Below are positions 23,874 to 24,000 of a stretch of DNA of 24,000 nt, piece by piece. Source of the stretch: Ilumatobacter sp. Its GTDB lineage: Bacteria > Actinomycetota > Acidimicrobiia > Acidimicrobiales > Ilumatobacteraceae. Location: positions 1-24,000 of the forward strand of contig NZ_JBAVYV010000215.1 in the NCBI RefSeq assembly GCF_049588435.1. The letters run 5' to 3'. Position 1 is the first letter of the stretch. Each line of letters starts with the position of its first letter. A program made the translations under genes and the position numbers. The notes beneath the pieces are model-generated. The model made no database searches, was not told where the DNA came from, and worked only from the letters and a program-made list of their open reading frames with translations.

Positions 23874-24000
23874 ATGCCCAAGCCACTGTCCAACGTGACC
23901 GCACTCGTCACCGGAGCGAACCACGGCATCGGTGCCGCCACCGCTCTTGCGCTCGCCGAGCGAGGCGCCGACGTCGCGGTCACCTATCTGCGAACCGGCG
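23874..24000 (+). CDS. Short-chain dehydrogenase/reductase, 3'-truncated by the window edge
   Basis: ATG at 23874 is preceded by AAGGA. The product begins MPKPLSNVTALVTGANHGIGAATALALAERGADVAVTY, with the TGxxxGIG Rossmann motif. Confidence 0.75.
   Translation, partial: MPKPLSNVTALVTGANHGIGAATALALAERGADVAVTYLRTG

Noticed and set aside
1-24000. Scan for CRISPR arrays, rRNA/tRNA genes and IS elements
   Set aside because: I saw no spaced direct-repeat arrays, no tRNA T-loop/acceptor signatures (GGTTCGAATCC-like), no rRNA-like conserved blocks and no transposase motifs on either strand.

Overview
High-GC, densely coding window with strong G/C bias at codon position 3, consistent with an actinobacterial chromosome. 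I found no rRNA, tRNA, CRISPR array, IS element or integrase. Many long ORFs in the track are antisense shadows, and several true starts lie well inside the listed ORFs. Supported content, left to right: (1) a 5'-truncated S8 peptidase with 15-bp tandem coding repeats, and an SDR. (2) A minus-strand run of MBL-fold/rhodanese enzyme, SAM methyltransferase, a 125-aa photoactive yellow protein (PYP) homologue and a PAS-GAF-PP2C phosphatase. The PYP stop and the phosphatase start overlap (GTGA). (3) A plus-strand run of hypothetical protein, small membrane protein, acidic DSDGTDGG-repeat peptide, JmjC/cupin-4 oxygenase and sucrase/ferredoxin-like protein. (4) A diaminopropionate-ammonia-lyase-like PLP enzyme, a cytochrome P450 relic, an SGNH lipoprotein, a VOC/glyoxalase protein and a TetR regulator. 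(5) A Tat-type lipoprotein with a beta-propeller, divergent from a 1725-aa protein fusing SARP (wHTH+BTAD), Ser/Thr kinase, STAND NTPase and beta-propeller. (6) A class III cyclase-STAND-TPR protein and the start of a second SDR. Best candidates for something new: the PYP/PP2C pair; the acidic-repeat peptide/JmjC/ferredoxin-like cluster; the four-module SARP-kinase-STAND protein next to a second STAND protein; and a 59-61 nt near-identical direct repeat at two intergenic sites 9.6 kb apart. Several frame discontinuities at 6.7-7.7 kb suggest indels or gene decay. All family calls rest on motif recognition by eye; no database search was possible.
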